Source: Bifidobacterium breve | GTDB lineage: Bacteria > Actinomycetota > Actinomycetes > Nanopelagicales > Nanopelagicaceae | NCBI GenBank assembly: GCA_945876865.1 | Contig: CAMCPZ010000002.1 | Span: forward strand, 16,548 to 80,547 | DNA length: 64,000 bases | Direction: 5' to 3' | Position numbers and translations under genes: made by a program | The notes under the pieces: model-generated | Seen by the model: the letters and a program-made list of their open reading frames with translations, nothing else | Told to the model about the DNA's origin: nothing | Database searches by the model: none | Shown here: piece after piece, positions 10,629-20,312 of the stretch | Layout of the letters: every line of letters begins with the position of its first letter | How positions within the stretch are numbered: the stretch's first letter is position 1

Positions 10629-10817
10629 CTATGAATCAGACTTGGTGTTATCGCCTTTTGGATCGCCTTTTGGATCGCCATCTTTCATCTCACTCTTGAA
10701 AATTTTAAGCGACTTTGCGATTGATTTGGCGGAGTCCGGCAACTTCTTCGCCCCGAACAGAACCACAAATAAAACTACAACGATGATTAAATGCCAACCT
10801 TGAAGTCCGCGTAACAT
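10629..10817 (-). CDS. tatA: Twin-arginine translocase subunit TatA
   Basis: TM helix + FGAKKLPD + amphipathic helix; GGGGGAG SD. Confidence 0.95.
   Translation of the reverse strand: MLRGLQGWHLIIVVVLFVVLFGAKKLPDSAKSIAKSLKIFKSEMKDGDPKGDPKGDNTKSDS
10650..10679 (+). repeat. 12-bp tandem repeat ATCGCCTTTTGG x2.5 in the tatA tail (GDPK repeats)
   Basis: Read directly from the sequence. Confidence 0.85.
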
Positions 10818-10920
10818 CTTCGCTCCCCCACTTTCGATCCAATTTTCCTTCTATGACTGTGCCTATAGTAGTTCGAAAAACTGATGAAAGCACTCTCCAA
10901 CTCCTGAGCAGGCTAAATTA

Positions 10921-11844
10921 CTAGGATTTTGGGTATAACGCCCTGATTGCCTTTGCTCGAGCCTTAATGTCATCAGAAAGCTCTCTAGGTTCGACGACCT
11001 CTATCTCAGAGCCATATCCCAAGATGGTTCTTGAGAGCCAATCAGCATCTATCGGATGTAACCGCACACGGAAATCTCCACCATCGACTACATCTGCAAT
11101 AACACCGCGATTATCTTCGATAAAGGTGCGAGCTGATTTTGAAACATTCAATTCAATGCTTGCTAATTCATCTTTGAGCGATTCGTTCGTGAGTTTCTTC
11201 GTGATTGCGCCATTTTCAACTACCTCAAGGTTTACAACTCGATCCAATCTGAAAGTTCGATCAGCTTCCGATGATTGACACCAGGCACTTACATAGGCGA
11301 ATTCATTCTCTTGATAAAGTTCTAGTGGAAGAATCAAACGCTCTGTTGATTCATCCTTACTGCCACTTAGATAGGTAATCTTCAAAGCTTTTCCATGTGC
11401 TATTGCCGATTCAATACCTTCAATTAATTGTGAGCCTTTTGAATTATTGACCACAACAAACGGATTTTCGATTGCTAAAGCGCCCTTCAATTTGAGCTTC
11501 AAAGCTTCAATCTCCTCTGAAATCGCATCAGATCGAGTGGACTTCAAAAGATCAAGTGAAACCAAGAGCGAAGTCATCTCTGCGCGGTTCATATTTCTAG
11601 GTTTCTTAAGGCTCTGTGGATCGGAGACTGTCACGTAGCCATCTTCATAATACATTTCAATAAGTTCAAGTGGTGTATAGCCTGGTAGTCCGCACATGTG
11701 AATTAGAATTAAATCATCATTTATTTGTTTCTCTGAAGTTCCGAATACCGCGGCTAATTCAGGTATCGAAATTCCTTGGTGTTCCAGGAGATACGGAACA
11801 AGATCTAGTGCTCGAGCAGTCCGGTCCAGAGCTGACTCACTCAT
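10921..11844 (-). CDS. pafC: HTH-WYL-WCX transcriptional regulator PafC
   Basis: LDLVPYL, MCGLPGYTPLELI, WYL domain with RTFRLDR. Confidence 0.92.
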   Translation of the reverse strand: MSESALDRTARALDLVPYLLEHQGISIPELAAVFGTSEKQINDDLILIHMCGLPGYTPLELIEMYYEDGYVTVSDPQSLKKPRNMNRAEMTSLLVSLDLLKSTRSDAISEEIEALKLKLKGALAIENPFVVVNNSKGSQLIEGIESAIAHGKALKITYLSGSKDESTERLILPLELYQENEFAYVSAWCQSSEADRTFRLDRVVNLEVVENGAITKKLTNESLKDELASIELNVSKSARTFIEDNRGVIADVVDGGDFRVRLHPIDADWLSRTILGYGSEIEVVEPRELSDDIKARAKAIRALYPKS

Positions 11845-12776
11845 TTTATGGCTCCATCGAGAAGAGTTATCAAACTCGTTTTCAAATTCTCGGGTCCAAT
11901 AATTCTTACATTCGTTCCATGCCAGACGATTTCTCGTAGAAAAGCGCGCTCAGTCTCATAATTGATTTCATAGGTGTCGAAGTCTGCCCCTTGAGAGATT
12001 AGCTCTCCTCGCCTGCGGAGCAAGGCTGCGCAATCTCTTCGAATCTCAACTCTTGCAGTGTGCACTATCTCCGGATCGCTCTTTGGAAGAAAATCTGCGA
12101 CAGCAAAATCGGAAGGAATCTGGAATTCGTTCTTCTTTTTTGATATCTCTACATCACCCAAAAATCTCGAAAGCTTAAAGAGTCGGATGCCATTCCGGTC
12201 GAGGTCCATGCCAATCAAATACCAGAAACTATTCCAGAAAAGGATGCGGTATGGCTCGAGGTGGCGAAGTTTCAAGGATGGTGAATCGTAAGAGAAAGTT
12301 ATTTTCGATTTCTGTAGAATTGCTTTTGAGAGTTGCTCGAGCAAATCTGATGGATTTTCGAATCTATATTTTATTTGAAAATCCAAGTCGAGTGCTGCTG
12401 GAATGCCTAGTGACTGAAGTTTGCGGATACCGGAATGAGCTGTCGGAGCTAAGATCGAGTCGTTCCAGAAATTACTAGCTATCGACAACAGCGCGAGTTC
12501 ACGGCCCGTCAGGTTTGGAACATTGAGCTCGTAGGACTTTTGTGGAATCCGATAGCCAGGTTCGTCTTCGAAGAAAACATCTAGTTCTCCGACTTCAATC
12601 TCAATACCCAGAGACCGTAAGTCATCCTTATCCCGTTCGAACATCCGCTCTTTAGCTTCCTGCGTGCCTTCATATCCTTGGACGTTCGTGAGAATCTCGG
12701 ACTTTTTTAGGTAGCGTTTCGTCGCAAGCAGAGCCAGAGTGAGGTTTATCAATCTCTCGGTTTTGCGGTCGGACAC
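11841..12776 (-). CDS. pafB: HTH-WYL transcriptional regulator PafB
   Basis: KTERLINLTLALL, ERMFERDKDDLRSLGI, WYLIG..RLFKLSR. Confidence 0.93.
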   Translation of the reverse strand: MSDRKTERLINLTLALLATKRYLKKSEILTNVQGYEGTQEAKERMFERDKDDLRSLGIEIEVGELDVFFEDEPGYRIPQKSYELNVPNLTGRELALLSIASNFWNDSILAPTAHSGIRKLQSLGIPAALDLDFQIKYRFENPSDLLEQLSKAILQKSKITFSYDSPSLKLRHLEPYRILFWNSFWYLIGMDLDRNGIRLFKLSRFLGDVEISKKKNEFQIPSDFAVADFLPKSDPEIVHTARVEIRRDCAALLRRRGELISQGADFDTYEINYETERAFLREIVWHGTNVRIIGPENLKTSLITLLDGAIK

Positions 12777-12856
12777 ACTAAAACCCTAGCGGTTTGGTAA
12801 CCTTCACGCACTATTAACACCAACTGATATCGATACAACTTTTAATCTGGAGAGAT

Positions 12857-13405
12857 ATGAATCGTCTAAACACGCAGAACTTCAGGCCTTCAAAGCTAGT
12901 TAACGGAGCGAGCATCCTTTTTTTAATTGCAGCCCTTACTTCGTGCTCACTAGATGGTGGAACGCCACAAGCAAATTCAAATCAAACTCAAGAGGAGCAG
13001 AACATGGCTGATTCTCAGCGCGAATATCTCTCAGTATCTAACGACCCTGGAATTGAACCAACACTTGGTAAGCCGATCGGTGATGCGCCTACATCTCTAG
13101 TTTCTAGAGACATTATTGTTGGGAACGGTGATGAAGTTGTTTCCACATCAACCGTGACCGCTCATTACCAATTAATCTCTTGGACAAGTGGTGAGGTTCT
13201 CCAATCCTCTTGGGCCAATGGACCATTCACTACTACGCTTGATCGTGTGATCGAAGGATGGAAACAAGGACTTATAGGAATGAAAGTTGGCGGCCGTCGA
13301 CTACTAGTAATTCCACCAGAACTAGCCTACGGCTCTACTGGTGGCGGACCCGTAGCGCCGAATGAAACTATAGCTTTCGTTGTTGATCTACTTAATTTAC
13401 AGTGA
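12857..13405 (+). CDS. FKBP-type peptidyl-prolyl isomerase with predicted lipoprotein signal
   Basis: VIEGWKQGLIGMKVGGRRLLVIPPELAYG; hydrophobic segment ending in lipobox LTSC. Confidence 0.92.
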   Translation: MNRLNTQNFRPSKLVNGASILFLIAALTSCSLDGGTPQANSNQTQEEQNMADSQREYLSVSNDPGIEPTLGKPIGDAPTSLVSRDIIVGNGDEVVSTSTVTAHYQLISWTSGEVLQSSWANGPFTTTLDRVIEGWKQGLIGMKVGGRRLLVIPPELAYGSTGGGPVAPNETIAFVVDLLNLQ

Positions 13406-13410
13406 GTGAA

Positions 13411-14259
13411 TCAACTCTCGATTTCATTAGTCCCATATGCACCTTTAGATGGGCGCCTACGGCGAGCTGGCGCAACCGTGTTAGGTGCAAGCCTCCGAGC
13501 CATTATTAGAAAAGCGGTATGAGCAATCATCCGATGCTGTGGTCTTACCGCAAGACCCTCATGATGCCATCCTCGCACAATAGTTTCATTACTTTCTGGC
13601 TCAGTGAAATTACCTGAAGCCTTTATGGCTTCGGCGGTCTGAGAAAGTTGAGTCGTGGTCGCTACGTAAGCGATGAATACGCCACCAGGTACGAGGGCTT
13701 TACTAGCCATTTCAACACATTCCCATGGTGCCAACATATCTAGAACAACTCGATCGTATTCGCATTTGTGGTCGAAATCTTGAACCGCTCCCATGCTTAA
13801 ATTCCAATTACTTGGCAACCCCCCAAAATATTGATTTACATTCTTCGAGGCGATGACCGCAAATTCTTCACGCTTTTCAAATGATTCAAGCTTTCCACTT
13901 GAACCAATTGCCCTTAGAAGGGATATTGATAGAGCGCCAGAGCCGACTCCTGCTTCTAATACTCGAGAACCCGGAGCAATATCTGCAAACCCCAGAATCA
14001 TTGCAGCATCTTTCGGATAAACAATGGTCGCACCTCTAGGCATAGCCAGAACGTAATCGGCTAACAATGGTTTGAAGGCAAGGAATTTTAGCCCTCCAGT
14101 GGTTTCTACTACTGAGCCTTCGGGTAGGCCGATGACTTCATTGTGAACAAGCCAGCCTTTATGCGTATGCCACTCTTGATTTAATTGAAGGGTAATCGTG
14201 TGCATTTTGCCCTTTGCATCGGTCAACTGCACCCGATCGCCTACTTGAAAGTTCGACAT
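13411..14259 (-). CDS. trmI: tRNA (adenine58-N1)-methyltransferase
   Basis: MPRGATIVYPKD, EAGVGSGAL, LDMLAPW, HTAFL. Confidence 0.95.
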   Translation of the reverse strand: MSNFQVGDRVQLTDAKGKMHTITLQLNQEWHTHKGWLVHNEVIGLPEGSVVETTGGLKFLAFKPLLADYVLAMPRGATIVYPKDAAMILGFADIAPGSRVLEAGVGSGALSISLLRAIGSSGKLESFEKREEFAVIASKNVNQYFGGLPSNWNLSMGAVQDFDHKCEYDRVVLDMLAPWECVEMASKALVPGGVFIAYVATTTQLSQTAEAIKASGNFTEPESNETIVRGWHHEGLAVRPQHRMIAHTAFLIMARRLAPNTVAPARRRRPSKGAYGTNEIES

Positions 14260-14279
14260 CTACACCAAGCTCCTACAAT

Positions 14280-17200
14280 CTAGTTTGCATTGAAATACTT
14301 GGCTTCTGGATGATGAACAATAATCGCGGAAGTGGATTGCTCTGGATGTAATTGAAATTCTTCACTTAACTCGACGCCGATTCGCTCAGGCTCGAGTAAT
14401 GCACAAAGTTGCAGTTGCTGTTCAAGGTCAGGACATGCTGGGTAGCCAAAGGAATATCTCGATCCTCGATAACCTTGATCAAGAATTGCATCGATGTCTG
14501 AGGCGTCCTCGCCAGCAAATCCAAGCTCTTCTCGAATTCTTGCGTGCCAGTGTTCTGCCAGCGCTTCAGTAAGTTGAACCGATAAACCGTGTAACTCGAG
14601 ATACTCACGATATTCGTTTGCGGCGAAGAGTTTGGCGGTGGCATCACTGACGCTCTGTCCCATGGTTACAACATGAAAGGCTACGGTATCTATTTCACCG
14701 CTCTCCTTGCTTCGGAAAAAATCACTTAAACATAATCGGCGATCACGAGACTGTCTTGGAAATGTAAATCTCGTACGCTCGAGACCTTTATCCGGGCCTT
14801 CATGGTGCAGAATTACTAAGTCGTTCCCCTCGCTATAACAAGGGAAATATCCATACACGACAGCCGCGTTTAACCAACCATTCGATTGAACATCATTCAA
14901 CAAGGAGCGCAATCTTGGACGCCCTTCACTCTCCACCATTGCTTCATACTCACCGCGTTTACCTTGAAGCCCCCATTGACCCACAAAAAGCGCTCTCTCG
15001 TCTAGCGCTCCAAGATAAGAAGCTAAGGCGACGCCTTTCACAATCCGTGAACCATAGAAAGGTGGCGTCGGAAGTTTGTTATGAGCATCAACATCGCTGC
15101 GATTAGTGTCAAGATTTGGTGCCCGATTAGCTCTCGTGTTTGGAGTGCGCCGCTCGCGCAACGGAGGTAGAACTGCACTCTCATCACCGCGCTTAATAGA
15201 CATTAAGGTGTCCATCAAACTTAACCCTTCAAAAGCATCTTTTGCGTAGCGGACAGTTCCATCAAAAGAACCAGCAAGATCTTGTTCCACAAAACTTCTG
15301 GTCAAGGCCGCGCCGCCCAGAATAATTGGCCATTTCTCAGCAAGTCCACGACTGGTCAGCTCTTCCAAATTTTCCTTCATAATAACCGTTGATTTAACAA
15401 GCAACCCAGACATACCAATAACATCAACATTCGACTCGGTTGCTGAATCGATGATCTGGTTAACGGTCTGTTTAATTCCGATGTTGACCGTCTTATATCC
15501 ATTATTGGAGAGAATAATGTCGACCAAGTTCTTACCGATATCGTGAACATCGCCCTTGACTGTTGCGAGCAAAATCGTTCCCTTGCCCGCGTCCTCACTC
15601 TTCTCCATATGTGGTTCTAGGAGCGCAACTGCCGTCTTCATTACCTCAGCAGATTGCAACACGAATGGCAATTGCATCTGTCCACTGCCAAATAGCTCAC
15701 CAACTGTTTTCATCCCGGAGAGCAAATGTTCATTGATAATAACTAGCGGCTTGATTCCGCTAGCCATAGCTTCTTGCAAGTCGGCTTCGAGGCCCACCTT
15801 CTCGCCATCGATAATTCTTCGTTCTAAGCGTTCAATTAGAGGAAGTGCGGCTAGCTCAGCGGCCCGAGAAATCTTGCTGGTTGTTGTCTCTACCCCATCA
15901 AACATATTTAAATAAATAGCTAATGGGTCGTACGTGCAGTTTCCATCACAATCAAATGTGCGTCGGTCATAGACTAAATCAAGAGCAACTTCGAGTTGTT
16001 TCGCATCAATTCGAGAAATCGGTGTGATCTTTGATGGATGCACAATTGCCGAGTCGAGCCCCATCTTCACCGCTTCCGCTAGAAAGACCGAGTTTAAGAC
16101 TATTCGGGCGGCGGGATTCAAACCGAAAGAAACATTTGATACACCTAGAGTCGTCTGGACATCAGGATATTTCTTCTTCAATTCTGAAATTGCATTAAGA
16201 GTTTCAATTCCATCGCGTCTAGTTTCCTCCTGGCCAGTCGCAATTGGGAAGGTGAGGCAATCAATCAAAATGTCGCCTGTCAGCATGCCCCAATTTTTAG
16301 TCAAGTCCTCAATCAATCGAGAGGCGACTGCGACTTTCCACTCCTGGGTCCGCGCCTGGCCAGTTTCATCGATAGTCAATGCAACAACTGCTGCCCCATG
16401 CTCCTTAACCAACGGCATAATTTTCGCAAATCTAGAAGTCGGACCATCGCCATCTTCATAATTGACGGAGTTAATAATTGATCTACCACCTAAATGTTCT
16501 AGACCAGCTTTTAAGACGGCAGGTTCGGTTGAATCCAGAACGATTGGTAGCGTTGAACTTGTCGCAAGGCGCGATGCAAGTTCGTGCATATCTGCGACAC
16601 CATCTCGACCGACATAATCCACTGAGAGATCAAGCATGTGTGCGCCATCTCGAATTTGGTCGCGCGCGATTTCAATACAGCTCTGCCAATCCTCTGCTAG
16701 TAGTGCATCTCGAAATGCACGAGAGCCATTTGCATTCGCACGTTCTCCGATTGCCATGTATGCCCGATCCTGACGAAATGGAACAAACTGATAGAGCGAA
16801 GATGCACCAATCTCTCTTGAAATTTTTCTGGCAACTAAATCGTGCTCGCCAATTTTATTTACGACAGCCTCCATATGAGCTGGGGTTGTGCCGCAACAGC
16901 CCCCAACAAGAGTTAACCCATAAGAATCAACAAAATTTTCCAGATACTCCGCTAATTCATCTGGTCCAAGTGGATAAGTTGCTCCATTAGGTCCCAATTG
17001 CGGAAGTCCAGCATTTGGCATTACTGAAATTCCTATCGTGCTGTTCTTCGCAAGAACGCGCAGGTGTTCACTCATCTCTGCTGGTCCAGTTGCGCAATTC
17101 AAGCCGATTAGGTCGATGTTCAAAGGTTCAAGAGCATTTAAAGCTGCACCAATTTCTGATCCCAGCAACATGGTTCCCGTGGCTTCAACAGTAACCTGAG

Positions 17201-17768
17201 CAATAAGCACGATGTCCCGGTCGCATTCATCAATGGCTTCACGAGCACCATTTATGGCAGCTTTTGCTTGAAGCAAGTCCTGTGTAGTTTCGATCAGAAG
17301 CGCATCTACCCCGCCATCGAGTAAACCTTTTGAGGCCGTGAAATAAGCGTCTTTCAATTTCAAATAATCGGTATGCATTAAGGTCGGGAGTTTCGTTCCA
17401 GGGCCAAGAGAGCCCAGAACCCAGCGAGGCTTTTTATCAGTTGTAAATTCATCCGCAACTTCTCGCGCTAATTTTCCACCGGCGAAAGCTAGCTCATAAA
17501 TTCGATCTTCAATTCCATACTCCGCCAAGTTGGCCCAATTTGCTCCAAAGGTATTTGTCTCAATCGCATCTACACCAACTTCTAAATACTTGCGATGCAC
17601 AGACTTCACAAGCTCTGGCTTAGAAACATTTAGTATTTCGTTGCAACCTTCGTGTCCCTGAAAATCAGCTAGCGAAGGATTTGCCTCTTGAAGCATCGTA
17701 CCCATCGCTCCGTCAGCAATAACTACGCGCTCTGCCATGGCGCTACGAAGAGATGACGAAATTTTCAT
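14280..17768 (-). CDS. metH: Cobalamin-dependent methionine synthase
   Basis: 1162 aa; DGAMGT, NCATGP, GGCCGT, GDVHDIGKN B12 motif, FGYPACP. Confidence 0.98.
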   Translation of the reverse strand: MKISSSLRSAMAERVVIADGAMGTMLQEANPSLADFQGHEGCNEILNVSKPELVKSVHRKYLEVGVDAIETNTFGANWANLAEYGIEDRIYELAFAGGKLAREVADEFTTDKKPRWVLGSLGPGTKLPTLMHTDYLKLKDAYFTASKGLLDGGVDALLIETTQDLLQAKAAINGAREAIDECDRDIVLIAQVTVEATGTMLLGSEIGAALNALEPLNIDLIGLNCATGPAEMSEHLRVLAKNSTIGISVMPNAGLPQLGPNGATYPLGPDELAEYLENFVDSYGLTLVGGCCGTTPAHMEAVVNKIGEHDLVARKISREIGASSLYQFVPFRQDRAYMAIGERANANGSRAFRDALLAEDWQSCIEIARDQIRDGAHMLDLSVDYVGRDGVADMHELASRLATSSTLPIVLDSTEPAVLKAGLEHLGGRSIINSVNYEDGDGPTSRFAKIMPLVKEHGAAVVALTIDETGQARTQEWKVAVASRLIEDLTKNWGMLTGDILIDCLTFPIATGQEETRRDGIETLNAISELKKKYPDVQTTLGVSNVSFGLNPAARIVLNSVFLAEAVKMGLDSAIVHPSKITPISRIDAKQLEVALDLVYDRRTFDCDGNCTYDPLAIYLNMFDGVETTTSKISRAAELAALPLIERLERRIIDGEKVGLEADLQEAMASGIKPLVIINEHLLSGMKTVGELFGSGQMQLPFVLQSAEVMKTAVALLEPHMEKSEDAGKGTILLATVKGDVHDIGKNLVDIILSNNGYKTVNIGIKQTVNQIIDSATESNVDVIGMSGLLVKSTVIMKENLEELTSRGLAEKWPIILGGAALTRSFVEQDLAGSFDGTVRYAKDAFEGLSLMDTLMSIKRGDESAVLPPLRERRTPNTRANRAPNLDTNRSDVDAHNKLPTPPFYGSRIVKGVALASYLGALDERALFVGQWGLQGKRGEYEAMVESEGRPRLRSLLNDVQSNGWLNAAVVYGYFPCYSEGNDLVILHHEGPDKGLERTRFTFPRQSRDRRLCLSDFFRSKESGEIDTVAFHVVTMGQSVSDATAKLFAANEYREYLELHGLSVQLTEALAEHWHARIREELGFAGEDASDIDAILDQGYRGSRYSFGYPACPDLEQQLQLCALLEPERIGVELSEEFQLHPEQSTSAIIVHHPEAKYFNAN

Positions 17769-17784
17769 TTGGGAGAAGGTTACC

Positions 17785-19026
17785 TTAGAGCGCTAAACCG
17801 AGCGCGTTATCTATGAATCTTGAGAGCTCGCCTACTGACCCGCCACCTTGACCATTGAGAGAATCAGATGCCCATTTATCTAGTAATTCAAGTGCAAGCG
17901 GCGTATTTAAATCATCGGCAATACTCTGCGCAACAAGTTGTATGACCCCGTCCGTAGGAGCACATTCGATGCGAGATAGTGCGGATCTCAATTTAGCAAC
18001 GCGCTCTACTGATTTCCTTAGGGTTTCCTCGCTCCACATTCTCTCCTCTGAATATCTCTCAGACAGGAGAGCATGGCGAAGGGTCATCGGATCGGTTCCT
18101 TGATTTAACAACTTCGATACAAAGACTAAGTTTCCTTTGCTCTTACTCATCTTTTCACCATCGAGACCAACCATTTCAGAATGGAGATAAGCATCTGCAA
18201 ACTCATGGTTTGTTAATGCTTTAGCAAGAGCAGCACTCATGAAGTGATGTGGAAAAATTAAATCAGTCCCACCCCCTTGCAAATTAATCGTTCTGGATTT
18301 CTCCAATCCCCCATCGAGATAATCGGGGCCAATGAGATTCTCCAGGGCAATCACCGAACACTCAATATGCCAACCTGGACGTCCGAAACCAATTTTGGAA
18401 TTCCAACCTGGCTCGCCATCCTTATTAGCAATCCAAAGTATTGGATCAAGAGGGTGCTCTTTCCCTGCTCGCTCCGGGTCGCCGCCACGTTCAGAGAATA
18501 TTTTGATAGCGCTTTCAAGAGACACTGCAAGTTCCTCTAGATATGGTGCAATTCGGAAGTAGATATTTCCAGAGAGCTCATATGTGAATCCGTCATCCAC
18601 TAACTGTTCAATTGCAAAAATAATCGAAGCCATCGCCTCGGTAACAGCAACATAATTCTTCGGGGGTAGGACTCTCAGGCTTGCCATATCGCTTTCAAAG
18701 AGCGCTACTTGAGCATCGCCAAGCTCTGACCAAGATTGGTTGTCTCGTTTAGCTCGCTCGAACAACGGATCGTCGATGTCCGTGATGTTCTCAACAAAAT
18801 CTACATTAATGCCTGCGAGACGCAGATAACGATTAATTATGTCGAATGTCAGATATGTAGCCGCATGCCCAAGATGCGTTGCGTCGTATGGCGTAATCCC
18901 GCATACATACATTTTGAAATCTGAATTTTCTCGAAAATTTTCTAGAATTCCTGACGTCGTCTTCACTTTCAATGCCGGCAAGTCTCCATGCCATTTAGCT
19001 ATTTCAATTTTAGGCCAATTACTCAC
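17785..19026 (-). CDS. mshC: Cys:GlcN-Ins ligase (mycothiol biosynthesis)
   Basis: MYVCGITPYDATHLGH, GRPGWHIEC, FPHH, KMSKS. Confidence 0.94.
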   Translation of the reverse strand: MSNWPKIEIAKWHGDLPALKVKTTSGILENFRENSDFKMYVCGITPYDATHLGHAATYLTFDIINRYLRLAGINVDFVENITDIDDPLFERAKRDNQSWSELGDAQVALFESDMASLRVLPPKNYVAVTEAMASIIFAIEQLVDDGFTYELSGNIYFRIAPYLEELAVSLESAIKIFSERGGDPERAGKEHPLDPILWIANKDGEPGWNSKIGFGRPGWHIECSVIALENLIGPDYLDGGLEKSRTINLQGGGTDLIFPHHFMSAALAKALTNHEFADAYLHSEMVGLDGEKMSKSKGNLVFVSKLLNQGTDPMTLRHALLSERYSEERMWSEETLRKSVERVAKLRSALSRIECAPTDGVIQLVAQSIADDLNTPLALELLDKWASDSLNGQGGGSVGELSRFIDNALGLAL

Positions 19027-19072
19027 TGCGTCATCATAGTTTAGAAGACCTACTCAGTCCCCCTGTTTTTTC

Positions 19073-19759
19073 TTAGTAGGGCGGCCACGGAACTGCAGGC
19101 CAATTGGGATTTGGACTACTAAACCGACCGGCTTCAAGGAGGTTTTTCGTTCGCTCAAAAATGGCATCGATCTCATCTTCGCTTAAATAGGTGGATAAAT
19201 GCTTGCAATCGATTTGCGAGAGTAACTCATTCAATTGTTCGACTTCAGCGGGCTGCAGTAGCTCCTCCGCAAATTGCCAGACAACAGTGCGCAATTTATT
19301 CTCTTTGTGCAAGCTAACCCCGTGATCACATCCGAAGATTCGATTCTCTGGTGTAATTAGGACATGACCAAACTTTCGATCTGCGTTATTGATGACAATG
19401 TCAAAGAGCGCCAAATTTCTCATTTGCGAATCATTACTCTGAGCAATTGTGATTACATCTGCTTCTTCTGAGGTTTCAATCCACTTCTGAATCGCACCAG
19501 TGCCAAAAGGGCCTTCGCGCAGCACAGTCTTAGGGACTACCTTAAAATTTCCAATTTCGCTTATGTAGTAGGCGGCAACTTCACGGCTAGCAAGATTTCC
19601 ATCCGGAAAGTCCCAGAGCGGCCGCTCACCAGCAATTGGCTTATAAATAACTTTGACGTTATCGGGCAGAGTGCAGAGTAAAGAAGCGTTAGATGCATCT
19701 ACCAATCGGCCGATAACTTCCAACTCTCCTGACTGAAAGATTTTATCTTCGGTATCCAT
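19073..19759 (-). CDS. SCO1664-family PI3/PI4-kinase-like protein
   Basis: YKPIAGERPLWDFPDG, REVAAY, NNADRK.GH, DHG, WPAVPWPP; ATG19759 preferred. Confidence 0.88.
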   Translation of the reverse strand: MDTEDKIFQSGELEVIGRLVDASNASLLCTLPDNVKVIYKPIAGERPLWDFPDGNLASREVAAYYISEIGNFKVVPKTVLREGPFGTGAIQKWIETSEEADVITIAQSNDSQMRNLALFDIVINNADRKFGHVLITPENRIFGCDHGVSLHKENKLRTVVWQFAEELLQPAEVEQLNELLSQIDCKHLSTYLSEDEIDAIFERTKNLLEAGRFSSPNPNWPAVPWPPY

Positions 19760-20312
19760 TGGCCCTCGGACAGAGGTGTCCCGTCGCATCAATTGGTAAT
19801 CCACAGAAAGGACAGACCGGTCGACCCGATTGCAGAATGCTTTCGGAGCGATTACAGAATCCTTTAACCTGGTTAAGTCGGATTGTTAAACGCAGTAAAT
19901 CCGGTGGATCCTCTACCCCGGCCAAATCATCATCGTTTGATATTAACTCGGTGAATTCACCATCAGCGATGGATTGAATTTCTATCGAAACCCGCTGAGA
20001 TTGTGGATCCCAAGATATGCCCATGACGCCGGCTCTGAAATCTTCATGAATGGGAAATTCCAAAGTGTCGTTATCCACCGTGGCGGGTAGCGAAAGTTCA
20101 TCTAAACTTGCCAACTTATTCCTGCGGACCTCGGTAATCAACTCCCGCAATCTTGCAGATAGAGCTGCCACTTGGCTTTTCTCGACCGCGACCGTTGTGG
20201 TTCCTGCTATTGAAGTTGCTTGCAGAAAGAAGGCTCGCTCACCTGGCGCTCCAATGGTTCCAACAATAAAGCGATTTGCATCTTCGTGTTCGTAAATGAT
20301 GCGCTCACTCAC
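19743..20312 (-). CDS. DUF3090 family protein
   Basis: RFIVGTIGAPGERAFFLQA, GRPVCPFCGLPID..GHLCPRANG; GTG20312 overlaps the 3' end of the upstream gene. Confidence 0.9.
   Translation of the reverse strand: MSERIIYEHEDANRFIVGTIGAPGERAFFLQATSIAGTTTVAVEKSQVAALSARLRELITEVRRNKLASLDELSLPATVDNDTLEFPIHEDFRAGVMGISWDPQSQRVSIEIQSIADGEFTELISNDDDLAGVEDPPDLLRLTIRLNQVKGFCNRSESILQSGRPVCPFCGLPIDATGHLCPRANGYRR

Noticed and set aside
10705-10893. 62-aa minus-strand ORF with an AGGAG SD between pafC and tatA
   Set aside because: It overlaps tatA out of frame by 113 nt and has no recognisable motif or TM segment
10921-12776. WYL-domain pair as a defence-system regulator
   Set aside because: Sequence and tatAC-helY synteny identify it as housekeeping PafBC; no defence genes nearby
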